DNA of 64,000 nucleotides, taken from positions 24,064 through 88,063 of the forward strand of contig CAYHMC010000005.1 in the NCBI GenBank assembly GCA_964357615.1, read 5' to 3'. The translations under genes were made by a program, and so were the position numbers. A model generated the notes under the pieces. That model did no database searches. It was not told the DNA's origin and saw only the letters and a program-made list of their open reading frames with translations. Every line of letters begins with the position of its first letter. The stretch's first letter is position 1. The DNA comes from an uncultured Candidatus Saccharibacteria bacterium. GTDB lineage: Bacteria; Patescibacteriota; Minisyncoccia; UBA6257; JACOXY01. This document shows, one piece after another, positions 8,837 to 17,859 of the stretch.

Positions 8837-10570
8837 TCAATCGAAAAAAGGATGCTTCAAAGCTTCACTTGCGCTGATTCTAAGTTTCGGTTCTACCTCG
8901 AGCATTCGTTCAAGAAGATTGATAAAAAGATTTTTATCGGTTTCATTTTCGAACTTGGAATTCAAGACAATTTTATTTTTTGAAAATCTTGGAAACCAAA
9001 CATCTGTATTGGAAGAACACCAATCAACATCAAAAAAGTTATTTTTAATATACTCAAGACTGGGTGAACCATATTTTTGAAAAATTTCAAAAAGTATATG
9101 TATGTTACTTTTCTTTTCAAAAAGAGGAATCTTTTCAATCATTTCATAAAAAACACAACCAACACTCCAGATATCAATCTTATTATCGAAACGCGTGCAT
9201 TCAAGACACAGTTCTGGTGCTCTATACCATTTTGTGGTAAGTTCATTGTATCTTTCGATTGAATCGAAAGGATTATCAATGGAACTACCAAAATCTATGA
9301 TCTTAATCACATCATCGTTCGAAACAAGCATGTTAGACGGTTTCAGATCTGTATGAATTATATCTAAACTATGAAGATATTCTACACCCGATAATATCTG
9401 CTTAAAATATTTTTTAAGATCTGAAACAGAAAACTTTTTAGAAAGATAAAAGTCTCTCAAACATCTCTTATATAAAGGCATATAAAAACAAGTATTTATA
9501 TCGTTTACTTGAATATTTTTAATAGAAATAATATTTTCGTGGTTCATTCTGTTTAGAAAAGCAATTTCTCTTATAGCAGACGGGCAAACACCAGAATTAT
9601 TTTCAATGACTTTCACGGCTACATCATGGTTTGCTAATCGAAAAACATTAGAAAAAGCCCCGTTACCAATTTCTTTCTTTTTTGAATCAAAATCAAAAAC
9701 TAAAACGGATTCCATATTTTTAAGATTTGTTTCATACTTTACTTTACTTTTTTTAGAAACGATTTTAAAAGAACTAACAACATTGTTATTAATATTGTTT
9801 ATCAAAGATAAACATTTTGAAGACAGGATAGAGACATCTTTCTGATCTTTCAATTTCAGAAAAACCAGGCATGCATCAGCTTGTGTTTTTAGAGAAAAAA
9901 AATTAAACTCGCTTTGACTTAGAACAATACTTAAACAAGTTTCAAGGTTTGATGCTAGTTCTTTATCATAAAAATTATTTAATCGAAAAAAAGACATAAT
10001 CGAAGTGTATTCAAAGTCGACTTTAAGATTATCCAAAATAAACGTTTCAAAATGAAAAATAACATCCTTTTCTGTTTCCGAATATTTATTAAATAATTGT
10101 TTTCGAATATCAAAGTATATAAATTTACTTGCAATAACAAAACAAGCCATTAATTCTAGTTCATTTACATTCTTGCATTGTCTAACGTGAATGAACTTAT
10201 CAAAAATAGTTATTGTCAAACAAAGAATCAAAAAATTCATTTCATCATGGTTGAAAGTAGATTTATATTTTTCAATAAATTTTTTGACAACCGCGTTTCT
10301 GTTTGAACAAAAGCTGTTTTCAAAAGAAAAAACATCTTTTGCATTCGATTCTTTAAAACAACAATTCGGTTTCTTTTTTTCTTTATTTAAGATAACTTTT
10401 TGAGCTTTATATGTGTCTTTCTTTTTTCTTAAAACAAAACAAAAATCATCACTATTATAACTGCGAATTTCTTTTTTTTCATATGAATCTGATTCTGGTA
10501 TTTTGTCAAGTTCAGATTTATCAAAACACAAAATATAGTTGTAAAAATCATCTTCATATCTAACTTCCAT
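8837..10570 (-). CDS. Ser/Thr protein kinase, CDK-like, with N-terminal cyclin-box-like domain (577 aa)
   Basis: C-terminal kinase motifs: GNGAFSNVF (Gly loop), AVKVI (beta-3 Lys), HTDLKPSNMLV (catalytic loop), DFGSS, WYRAPE, DIWSVGCV. N-terminal ~250 aa shows cyclin-box-like blocks (LELMACFVIASKFIYFDI vs cyclin LQLVGTAAMLIASKFEEI; EKDVIFHFETFILDNLKVDF). Confidence 0.8.
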   Translation of the reverse strand: MEVRYEDDFYNYILCFDKSELDKIPESDSYEKKEIRSYNSDDFCFVLRKKKDTYKAQKVILNKEKKKPNCCFKESNAKDVFSFENSFCSNRNAVVKKFIEKYKSTFNHDEMNFLILCLTITIFDKFIHVRQCKNVNELELMACFVIASKFIYFDIRKQLFNKYSETEKDVIFHFETFILDNLKVDFEYTSIMSFFRLNNFYDKELASNLETCLSIVLSQSEFNFFSLKTQADACLVFLKLKDQKDVSILSSKCLSLINNINNNVVSSFKIVSKKSKVKYETNLKNMESVLVFDFDSKKKEIGNGAFSNVFRLANHDVAVKVIENNSGVCPSAIREIAFLNRMNHENIISIKNIQVNDINTCFYMPLYKRCLRDFYLSKKFSVSDLKKYFKQILSGVEYLHSLDIIHTDLKPSNMLVSNDDVIKIIDFGSSIDNPFDSIERYNELTTKWYRAPELCLECTRFDNKIDIWSVGCVFYEMIEKIPLFEKKSNIHILFEIFQKYGSPSLEYIKNNFFDVDWCSSNTDVWFPRFSKNKIVLNSKFENETDKNLFINLLERMLEVEPKLRISASEALKHPFFD

Positions 10571-10580
10571 CTTGCCTTTC

Positions 10581-10620
10581 TTTTAAAATTTTTCAAAAAA
10601 ATTTTAAAATCATTTTTTAA
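10581..10620 (-). promoter_or_regulatory. Class-1 upstream motif (minus-strand orientation) for kinase gene 8837..10570
   Basis: In gene orientation reads AAAAAATGATTTTAAAATTTTTTTGAAAAATTTTAAAAGAAAGGCAAG then ATG. Confidence 0.5.
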
Positions 10621-10645
10621 TAATGAAAAAATAAGAATTAATTAT

Positions 10646-12397
10646 TTACTCGAACAACGGATGTTTCAACGCTTCTGAAGCGCTGATTCGTTTTTCTGGG
10701 ATCACTTGAAGCAACTTTGAAAGAAGATCTAGAAAATTCGTTCTGTCGTTTTCAATCTCAAATTTATATCGGATTGTCAATGGTTTAACGATAGGATTTG
10801 GAAACCATGAAAAGGGAAGATCTCGTTCCATATAATATGTATTATCAGACAAGGCGTATTCTTCCTTTGTTGGTTTTCCAATTTTTGAGAAAATTTTTAA
10901 CAATGTTTCGAAGTTGCTTTTGGCTGAAAACAATGGAATTTTTTCAACCATATCATAAAAAACACAACCGATACTCCACATGTCAATTTTATTGTCGAAA
11001 GTAAGACATTCAAGACATAATTCAGGTGCACGATACCATAAAGTTGTAAATTCGTCACCGTAACGATGACTCATTCCATTCAAGTTACACACTGAATTTC
11101 CAAAATCAATTATCTTTACAATTCCATCTTTTGAAACCATGATGTTACTTGGTTTGAGATCGGTATGAATTATACCTAGTTTGTGAAAATATTCTACGCC
11201 TCTCAAAATCTGTTTGAAAAGATTTTTAATTGTTGAAAAGTTAAGCTTATTATCGTTAACAAAATCACGTAAATTACGAGGATGATAATCCATGAAAAAG
11301 CAAACATCACTTTCGTTTACACTTATATTTTTAATAAAAATAATATTTTCATGTTCTAGTTTAGGTAGAAAAGCCATTTCACGAATGGCAGACGGACATA
11401 CGCCATCATGGTCAGATTTAATAACTTTGACAGCCAATTCATTTTCGATTTTAAAAACACAACCGTAAGAACCAGCTTCTAAACGTGTTTTTTTGTTCAT
11501 ATCGAATGAAGAAGAACAATTTGTTTTGTTTTCAATCTTATTGTTGGTTTGTTTAGTTTTTTTGGAAATAATTTTGAAAGAAAACAATTTACCATCATGA
11601 ATTTGCTTCAATAAATCAGAACATTTTTTAACACTTTCTGTCTGCGTGATAGCAATTCTTTTGAAATTGATCAAAGAAAGGCATGCATCAGCTTGAGTTT
11701 TATATGAGAAAAAACTAAACTCTGTATTCGTCAGCAAAATTTTGAGATATGGTTCGATTTCATTGATTTCAGACACAGTCAAAATGTAATAATCGATAAA
11801 TGAAAAAACTGACATGTGATCAAAGTTGTATTTAATCGATTCCAAAATATAACTTTCATAATGAATGATAGTATCTCTATCGGCTTCAGAAAAAGTTTCA
11901 AATCTTTCAGATATCTCACGTTGATATGTGACAAAATAATTAAACTTGTGTGCAATGAGAATACAAGCCATGAATTGTAGTTCATTAATGTTTTTAATTT
12001 TTTTGATATAAATAAAATTATCAAAGATGCGAGAAGCTAGAAAAAGATTTTTTAGATTTCTACAACCAATAACTTCTGTTTTTGGTTGAAAAAACAATTT
12101 GATAAATTTCAACATTATGCTGTGCCTGTTTCTTTTATGATTAATTACATTAGGAATGACATCTTTGAGATCGGTTGTGTTAACGATTTTTTTACCATCC
12201 ATTAAAAATTTTTCGTTAGAAATAAAATCGTCTTTTTTAACTTTATCATCGCTTTCATTTTTTCTTTTTCTATAGAAAAACGATTCTCGATTATAACTGA
12301 TAACGTTTTTATATTCATAATTTTTTTTAAGTAGAGAATCGTTTAATTTAGAACAGACAACATAATCATAAACATCATCTTCATAATTCACTTCCAT
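10646..12397 (-). CDS. Ser/Thr protein kinase, CDK-like, with N-terminal cyclin-box-like domain (583 aa); tandem paralog of 8837..10570
   Basis: Same architecture and motifs: GSYGCVFK, AVKVI, HTDLKPSNIMV, DFGNS, WYRAPE; N-terminal LQFMACILIAHKFNYF block. Both paralogs start MEV.YEDD.Y.Y and end SASEALKHP.F. Confidence 0.8.
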   Translation of the reverse strand: MEVNYEDDVYDYVVCSKLNDSLLKKNYEYKNVISYNRESFFYRKRKNESDDKVKKDDFISNEKFLMDGKKIVNTTDLKDVIPNVINHKRNRHSIMLKFIKLFFQPKTEVIGCRNLKNLFLASRIFDNFIYIKKIKNINELQFMACILIAHKFNYFVTYQREISERFETFSEADRDTIIHYESYILESIKYNFDHMSVFSFIDYYILTVSEINEIEPYLKILLTNTEFSFFSYKTQADACLSLINFKRIAITQTESVKKCSDLLKQIHDGKLFSFKIISKKTKQTNNKIENKTNCSSSFDMNKKTRLEAGSYGCVFKIENELAVKVIKSDHDGVCPSAIREMAFLPKLEHENIIFIKNISVNESDVCFFMDYHPRNLRDFVNDNKLNFSTIKNLFKQILRGVEYFHKLGIIHTDLKPSNIMVSKDGIVKIIDFGNSVCNLNGMSHRYGDEFTTLWYRAPELCLECLTFDNKIDMWSIGCVFYDMVEKIPLFSAKSNFETLLKIFSKIGKPTKEEYALSDNTYYMERDLPFSWFPNPIVKPLTIRYKFEIENDRTNFLDLLSKLLQVIPEKRISASEALKHPLFE

Positions 12398-12406
12398 ATT
12401 GTCTTC

Positions 12407-12445
12407 TTTTTAAAATTTTTTAAAAATTTTAAAAATCATTTTTTA
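12407..12445 (-). promoter_or_regulatory. Class-1 upstream motif for kinase gene 10646..12397
   Basis: In gene orientation reads ATAAAAAATGATTTTTAAAATTTTTAAAAAATTTTAAAAGAAG then ATG. Confidence 0.5.
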
Positions 12446-12448
12446 TAA

Positions 12449-12787
12449 ATGAAAATAATTGATGCTGTGATTATCGTTATGGTTCTTATAACCATTATAA
12501 TATCAATCGTTTCTTTATCCAGATTAAACTCTTCAAAAGAAAAGTATATGTCAGCTTTGTTAACAGCTGATGGTCCTGTTCTAGAAAATTCAATTTCGAA
12601 ACAATGTAATTCAGCCATTCAATTCAGGCACACTCCAGAAGAACAAATTGACAATCAAGGAATGAAGGTTGGAAACATTCTTAAAAACTGTAATGAATCG
12701 TGCACATGTAATGGTGGAAAATCTTGTATAGGAAAAAACGATCCATCAAGTGTAGCTGGATCAACGTATGATAGTGGCTCGTGTTAA
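12449..12787 (+). CDS. Small secreted/membrane Cys-rich protein (112 aa)
   Basis: N-terminal hydrophobic segment IIVMVLITIIISIVSL. C-terminal Cys cluster NCNESCTCNGGKSCIGKND. Start context ttttataaATG. Confidence 0.3.
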   Translation: MKIIDAVIIVMVLITIIISIVSLSRLNSSKEKYMSALLTADGPVLENSISKQCNSAIQFRHTPEEQIDNQGMKVGNILKNCNESCTCNGGKSCIGKNDPSSVAGSTYDSGSC

Positions 12788-12812
12788 TCGTGCTAAATCG
12801 TGCTTCATTCAT

Positions 12813-13340
12813 TCAATGCACAATTCTATACGAGATATAATCGTTCTCTCTTTTCACTTCGATTATCCTTCCAACTTGAAAATTAAAAAACTTCGAAATA
12901 GGATCGTTTCGAAGAATAACAGGGATATTGTCACCCCATTTTTTCTTAAATTCATAAGATTCTTTTGCTGAAAGTTGTCTATGAGGGTAATACAACGAAT
13001 GTTTAGTTATGTTGAATTGAAGATTATCAATTGGAAAAGTTTCAATCTTAATACCGATGGTTTTATTTTGAGAAATTGTTTTACTAGCGCAATTTGTCGG
13101 TTCATTCTCGATAATGATCAATCCGTGATTGATCTTCTTGTCATTCAGAATTTTAATGATCTCTTTAACCTCGTTTGTATCTGGTTTGACAATAATCTTT
13201 TTGAAGACACAAATGAAACCTGTGTTTTTGCCTTCATCAGTCATATTTGAATAAAGAAAATCATCGTCTTCTGTTACGTTTGTATAGTTACGTTGGGAAA
13301 ACATTTCTTTTACGGTTTGCAAAGCTTTTGATAATTTCAT
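12813..13340 (-). CDS. RPB5: DNA-directed RNA polymerase subunit Rpb5 (RPABC1) homolog
   Basis: C-terminal block HSLYYPHRQLSAKE...NIPVILRNDPISKFFNFQVGRIIEVKRENDYISYRIV aligns with eukaryotic Rpb5 HELVPEHVVL...[40 protein letters not shown]. Size 175 aa. Class-1 motif upstream at 13341..13380. Confidence 0.75.
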   Translation of the reverse strand: MKLSKALQTVKEMFSQRNYTNVTEDDDFLYSNMTDEGKNTGFICVFKKIIVKPDTNEVKEIIKILNDKKINHGLIIIENEPTNCASKTISQNKTIGIKIETFPIDNLQFNITKHSLYYPHRQLSAKESYEFKKKWGDNIPVILRNDPISKFFNFQVGRIIEVKRENDYISYRIVH

Positions 13341-13383
13341 TTTAATTTGAAATGAAATTTTTTTTTGAAATCATTTTTTTGAT

Positions 13384-13998
13384 TTAATCGAAAGTAAGAA
13401 TCGCTGATTCTACTTTCGTTTTACAAAGTGGACAATCGTTATTACAAGCGATCTGCTGTGTTTGTTTTAGACAAGAGTTACAATAACAGACATGACCACA
13501 TGGAATAAGAACAATAACTTTTTTATTGTCGCAACAAAAAATACATTGTTCATCCTGTTTGTCTGTTTTGGTATCTTTGAAATTTTTAGTTTCATTAAGC
13601 ACTTTAATTGGCTTCTTTTTTTGTCTCTCTTTATTCTCTTTATTTTCACTGTTGATCATCATCATATATTCCTTGAAGCTGTTTTTGATGTATTCATTTT
13701 CCATCTGTTGCAACATCTCGTTTTTATCTTGTTTGTTTTCTGTTTCAGGATCAGGTTGAAAACCATATTGTTGACATAGATCTTGTGTAACCCAATCGTA
13801 AGGAACAAAAGTTTTTTTGGAAATTCTTCCAATCACTCTTTTATCCAGCTTAGACTTAAAAACAAGTTTGGAGCGAAAATCATAATACATTTTCAATGAT
13901 CGATTAAAAGAAACTTTTGAAAGGTCATTGAAAGCAGGAACAATCAAAATTTGATTGTTTACTTCGTTTACTTCATTTAACTTGTTTTCAACTTGCAT
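13384..13998 (-). CDS. RING-finger (C3HC4, IAP-type) protein, putative E3 ubiquitin ligase
   Basis: C-terminus CIFCCDNKKVIVLIPCGHVCYCNSCLKQTQQIACNNDCPLCKTKV matches the RING-HC spacing with the CGH signature. Class-1 motif upstream at 14007..14042. Confidence 0.7.
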   Translation of the reverse strand: MQVENKLNEVNEVNNQILIVPAFNDLSKVSFNRSLKMYYDFRSKLVFKSKLDKRVIGRISKKTFVPYDWVTQDLCQQYGFQPDPETENKQDKNEMLQQMENEYIKNSFKEYMMMINSENKENKERQKKKPIKVLNETKNFKDTKTDKQDEQCIFCCDNKKVIVLIPCGHVCYCNSCLKQTQQIACNNDCPLCKTKVESAILTFD

Positions 13999-14067
13999 TT
14001 TTGTTTTGCAAAAAAAATTTTTTTAAAATCATTTTTAAAAAATCAAACGACAATGATGCCTATAAAA

Positions 14068-14787
14068 TTAACGATACATTTGAGACCAAACAATCTTTTG
14101 AAAAGCTGGCGTATTAAAAAAGCTGTGAATTCTGGTTCCTTTCAAATTATCAAAAGTTCCTTCTGCTTTTGATGTATTATGAATGTTCACAAGAATATCC
14201 ATGGCAATCCAAGGTTCATCAAGAATTTTATGCATCACTGGATCTCTATCAATAGTTTTTGCATCGACACCATAAACAGGAATACATTTACCAGATGCAT
14301 TACAGTTTCCAGAGCTCATACACGATTGATCACCTCCTGGTCTCCATCTAGAAATTAGAGGCGAATCTGCGACAGTTGGATCAAAAGGTTCGTGATGACG
14401 AACACAATTTGAACTCATTGCTTTCAAATATTTTTCTTGTGCAGTGTTTCTAATTAACACTTGTCCTTTTGTTAAAGCATTTCCAAGACCAGAACTGAAA
14501 CAACTTCCATTGGGTCCATCACAAGCTTGAACTGTGTTTGGATAACCACCTCTCTTTGTATCTTGAGAAAGGTATTCACAAACACCATCCCAGCCGTTTG
14601 GATTAAAAGCACAATATTGAGCCATGAAAAGTTGGCATTGAGAACTATCTGGTCCAAGTAGATCTGAACCAGACCCAAGTGAATGCATAAAACCAGAATC
14701 TAAACCTGATAAAGCACAATAACTAATAGGATTCGATTGACCTAATGGTTTGTTAGGTCCAAAATTACCAATTGAAACGTAACTCAT
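14068..14787 (-). CDS. Hypothetical Cys/Gly-rich protein (239 aa)
   Basis: Long ORF with no recognisable motif; about 14 Cys. Confidence 0.4.
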   Translation of the reverse strand: MSYVSIGNFGPNKPLGQSNPISYCALSGLDSGFMHSLGSGSDLLGPDSSQCQLFMAQYCAFNPNGWDGVCEYLSQDTKRGGYPNTVQACDGPNGSCFSSGLGNALTKGQVLIRNTAQEKYLKAMSSNCVRHHEPFDPTVADSPLISRWRPGGDQSCMSSGNCNASGKCIPVYGVDAKTIDRDPVMHKILDEPWIAMDILVNIHNTSKAEGTFDNLKGTRIHSFFNTPAFQKIVWSQMYR

Positions 14788-14834
14788 TTTTATTTTTATA
14801 AGTTTTTTTTTTAAAAAAAAAATCTGACAAAAAG

Positions 14835-14862
14835 GAATGAAGATATGATAATATCTTCATTC
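14835..14862. terminator. Perfect hairpin GAATGAAGATAT-gata-ATATCTTCATTC (12-bp stem) just after the 3' end of gene 14880..15236
   Basis: Inverted repeat read directly from the sequence, located about 18 nt beyond the minus-strand gene's stop. Position is consistent with a 3'-end/termination hairpin. Confidence 0.5.
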
Positions 14863-14879
14863 TAAATTCAATCACTTTT

Positions 14880-15236
14880 TTAATTTCTCGTTTTCAAAGA
14901 AAAAGTGTTGTTCCAAAATAACATTTTATTATTCTTATCTAGTTTTCCAAGCGCGATTGAGATTGCAGTTCTTGAATCATAACAATTAAATGCGTTGTAA
15001 ATTTGATCGATTGTCAACCATCTATGAAGCAGTAATCCAGAAATTCTTTGACACAGATCTTCCATATAAACTCTTTCATTTGGAAATGAATCACCAGTGT
15101 GTTCATTTTCCGCATCAAAATCAACAACATGAATTCTATCGAAATGCTGACCGACATCGTTTTCATGATTGATTTCAACGTCGTATTCGTATTCATTAAC
15201 TTCTTCGGTTTTAGTAGCTTTAATAACTTTACTCAT
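14880..15236 (-). CDS. Hypothetical protein (118 aa)
   Basis: ORF with class-1 motif upstream (15251..15290) and a hairpin downstream. Confidence 0.4.
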   Translation of the reverse strand: MSKVIKATKTEEVNEYEYDVEINHENDVGQHFDRIHVVDFDAENEHTGDSFPNERVYMEDLCQRISGLLLHRWLTIDQIYNAFNCYDSRTAISIALGKLDKNNKMLFWNNTFSLKTRN

Positions 15237-15308
15237 TTTAATTTCGAATGAAAAATTTTTTAAAAATCATTTTTAAAAAATTTTTTTGAAAACATCTTTC
15301 AGTTTTAT

Positions 15309-15989
15309 TTATTTTCGAATATATTTCAATGCAGATGGATTCTTTTTAGCAACTTCTAATATTTTTTCAGTTTGATTTTCAACATATTTCAGAATATATC
15401 CATTTTCTTTTATTGCTTCTAAACAGATTTCTTCGGTTTGATTTTTAACAAATTGTAATGCATAACTATTACATTTTACAGCTTCGAAACAGATTTCTTC
15501 GGTTTGATTTTTAACAAACTTTAATGCCAATCCGCACGTTCTAACAGCTTCTAAACAGATTTTTTCCGTTTGTTTTTTAACATTAACTAACGAATAACCA
15601 TCTCGTTTTACTGCTTCTAAACAGATTTTTTCAGTTTGATTCTTGACAAATAATAAAGAACATCTATTCTTCTTTACAGCTTCAAGACAGAAGTTTTCAT
15701 TTTCCCACTCATTCCAATCCTTCAAATCGATAATTTTTTCGATGAAGATGGAATCCGCTTTACTTTTATTTTTATTTTGGAAATGACAAACTTTTGCTGT
15801 TTCGGGAATAGAAACAAAAGCCAGTTTTGTACCAAAACTTAACCATTCAGGAACATCTTCTTTCCTACAGAAATGAAGACCATTCTCACATTCTTCATCG
15901 TTGAAGACAGAAGTATCGATATTCAACCCTAATTTGTATTGAAACCTATGATGATTCATTTTATCATTCAAAACCTTATAATATTGCAT
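15309..15989 (-). CDS. DUF4116-like 22-aa tandem-repeat protein with conserved MQYYKVLN N-terminal domain (226 aa)
   Basis: N-terminal ~110 aa MQYYKVLNDKMNHHRFQYKLGLNIDTS...GLHFCRKEDV...KLAFVSIPETAKVCHF, then about 5 repeats of VKNQTEKICLEAVK.NGY.L.YV. The repeat resembles Pfam DUF4116, from memory. Class-1 motif upstream (15990..16026) overlaps the stop of the next gene. Confidence 0.65.
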   Translation of the reverse strand: MQYYKVLNDKMNHHRFQYKLGLNIDTSVFNDEECENGLHFCRKEDVPEWLSFGTKLAFVSIPETAKVCHFQNKNKSKADSIFIEKIIDLKDWNEWENENFCLEAVKKNRCSLLFVKNQTEKICLEAVKRDGYSLVNVKKQTEKICLEAVRTCGLALKFVKNQTEEICFEAVKCNSYALQFVKNQTEEICLEAIKENGYILKYVENQTEKILEVAKKNPSALKYIRK

Positions 15990-16025
15990 TTAAAAATTTT
16001 TTCAAAAAATTTTTAAATTCATTTT

Positions 16026-16847
16026 TCAGAAACTGATGTCGATATATTTTGATGCTAATGGGTTTTGTTTAACCGCTTCTAACAATATCTTTTCAGTTTT
16101 TTTTTTAACATATCGTAATGCATATCCATTTCGTTTTACAGCTTCTAAACAGATTTCTTCAGTTTGATTTTTGACGTATTCTAGAGCACTTTCATTCTGT
16201 TTTACTGCTTCAAAACAGATTTCTTTTGTTTGTTTTTTGACGTATTGTAATGCCGAACCATTCTGTTTTACAGCTTTTAAACAGATTTCTTCCGTTTGAT
16301 TTTTGACGTATTGTAATGATTCACCATGTCGTTTTACTGCTTCTAAACAGATTTCTTCAGTTTGATTTTTTACGTATTTTAAAGCATAACCAGACCGCTT
16401 TACTGCTTCTAAACAGATTTTTTCAGTTTGATTTTTAACAAAATACAAAGAATAAGCGTTCAGTTTTACAGCTTCTAAACAGATTTCTTCAGTTTGATTT
16501 TTGACGTATTGTAATGAATTACCATGTCGTTTAACAGCTTCAAGACAGAAGTTTTCATTTTCCCACTCATTCCAATCCTTCAAATCGATAATTTTTTCGA
16601 TGAAGATGGAATCCGCTTTACTTTTATTTTTATTTTGGAAATGACAAACTTTTGCTGTTTCGGGAATAGAAACAAAAGCCAGTTTTGTACCAAAACTTAA
16701 CCATGATAGAACATCTTCTTTTCTACAGAAATGAAGGCCGTTTTCACACGTTTCATCATTGAAAGCCGACGTATCGATATTCAACCCTAATTTGTATTGA
16801 AACCTATGGTGATTCATCTCCTCATTCAAAACCTTGTAGTATTGCAT
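16026..16847 (-). CDS. DUF4116-like repeat protein, paralog (273 aa)
   Basis: Same N-terminal domain; about 8 repeats of VKNQTEEICLEAVK(R/Q)(N/H)G.AL(Q/K)YV. Confidence 0.65.
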   Translation of the reverse strand: MQYYKVLNEEMNHHRFQYKLGLNIDTSAFNDETCENGLHFCRKEDVLSWLSFGTKLAFVSIPETAKVCHFQNKNKSKADSIFIEKIIDLKDWNEWENENFCLEAVKRHGNSLQYVKNQTEEICLEAVKLNAYSLYFVKNQTEKICLEAVKRSGYALKYVKNQTEEICLEAVKRHGESLQYVKNQTEEICLKAVKQNGSALQYVKKQTKEICFEAVKQNESALEYVKNQTEEICLEAVKRNGYALRYVKKKTEKILLEAVKQNPLASKYIDISF

Positions 16848-16882
16848 TTAAAAATTTTCAAATAAAATTTTTAAATTCATTT

Positions 16883-17824
16883 TTAGTTTCGAATATATCT
16901 AGAAGCATCTTTGTCCTCTTTTAAAGCTTCAAAACAGATTTCTTCGGTTTGATTTTTAACAAATTGCAACGCTAAACCGTTCTGTTTTACTGCCTCTAAA
17001 CAGATTTCTTCAGTTTGATTTTTAACATATTCTAATGCATAACCACGTTGTTTTACTGCTTCAAGACATATCTCATTTGTTTGATTTCCAATATACATCA
17101 ATGCTGAACCCTCCTTTTTAATAGCTTCTAAACAGATTTCTTCAGTTTGATTTTTAACATATGCTAATGCGTAACCATCCCGTTTTACAGCTTCAAAACA
17201 TATTTCTTCAGTTTGATTTTTAACAAACTTTAATGCCAATCCGCACGTTCTAACAGCTTCTAAACAGATTTTTTCAGTTTGGTTTTTGACATAATCTAAT
17301 GCAAAACCAAGATTCTTCACAGCTTCTAAACAGATTTTTTCAGTTTGGTTTTTGACAAATTTTAGGGAATAACCATCGTGTTTTACAGCTTCAAGACATA
17401 TTTCTTCGGTTTGGTTTTGAACATCTTGAAGAGCATATCCACGTTGTTTTACAGCCTCTAAACATATTTTTTCAGTCTGATTTTTAACATATACTAAAGA
17501 GTATTCATTCTTCTTTACAGCTTCTAAACAGAAGTTTTCATTTTCCCACTCACACCAATCCTTCAAATCGATAATTTTTTCGATGAAGATGGAATCAGCT
17601 TTGCTTTCATTAATTTCGTGACAAACTTTCGCTGTTTCGGGAATAGTAATAAAAGCCAGTTTGTTTCCATATTCTAACCATAAAGGAACATTTTCTTTTT
17701 TATAGAAAATGATACCAAAATAATAGTCTTTAATATCAGAAATTGAAGTTTTAACATTCAACCCTAATTTGTATCGAGATTCTGAATCTCTCATTTTATC
17801 ATTCAAAACCTTGTAGTATTGCAT
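16883..17824 (-). CDS. DUF4116-like repeat protein, paralog (313 aa)
   Basis: More divergent N-terminal domain (MQYYKVLNDKMRDSESRYKLGLNV); about 10 repeats. Confidence 0.65.
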   Translation of the reverse strand: MQYYKVLNDKMRDSESRYKLGLNVKTSISDIKDYYFGIIFYKKENVPLWLEYGNKLAFITIPETAKVCHEINESKADSIFIEKIIDLKDWCEWENENFCLEAVKKNEYSLVYVKNQTEKICLEAVKQRGYALQDVQNQTEEICLEAVKHDGYSLKFVKNQTEKICLEAVKNLGFALDYVKNQTEKICLEAVRTCGLALKFVKNQTEEICFEAVKRDGYALAYVKNQTEEICLEAIKKEGSALMYIGNQTNEICLEAVKQRGYALEYVKNQTEEICLEAVKQNGLALQFVKNQTEEICFEALKEDKDASRYIRN

Positions 17825-17859
17825 TTAAAAATTTTTAAAAAAATTTTTAAATTCATTTT

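Larger units (their letters stand above)
15309..17824 (-). repeat. Intragenic ~66-bp (22-codon) tandem repeats of the DUF4116-like family across three adjacent genes
   Basis: DNA unit roughly CAGCTTCTAAACAGATTTCTTCAGTTTGATTTTTAACAAA...; the same unit recurs in 21331..22272, 45876..47699 and 63800..64000. Confidence 0.7.

Noticed and set aside
12436-12618. 60-aa minus-strand ORF overlapping the promoter of kinase 2 and the start of gene 12449
   Set aside because: Overlaps a better-supported plus-strand gene and the intergenic promoter; no motif support.
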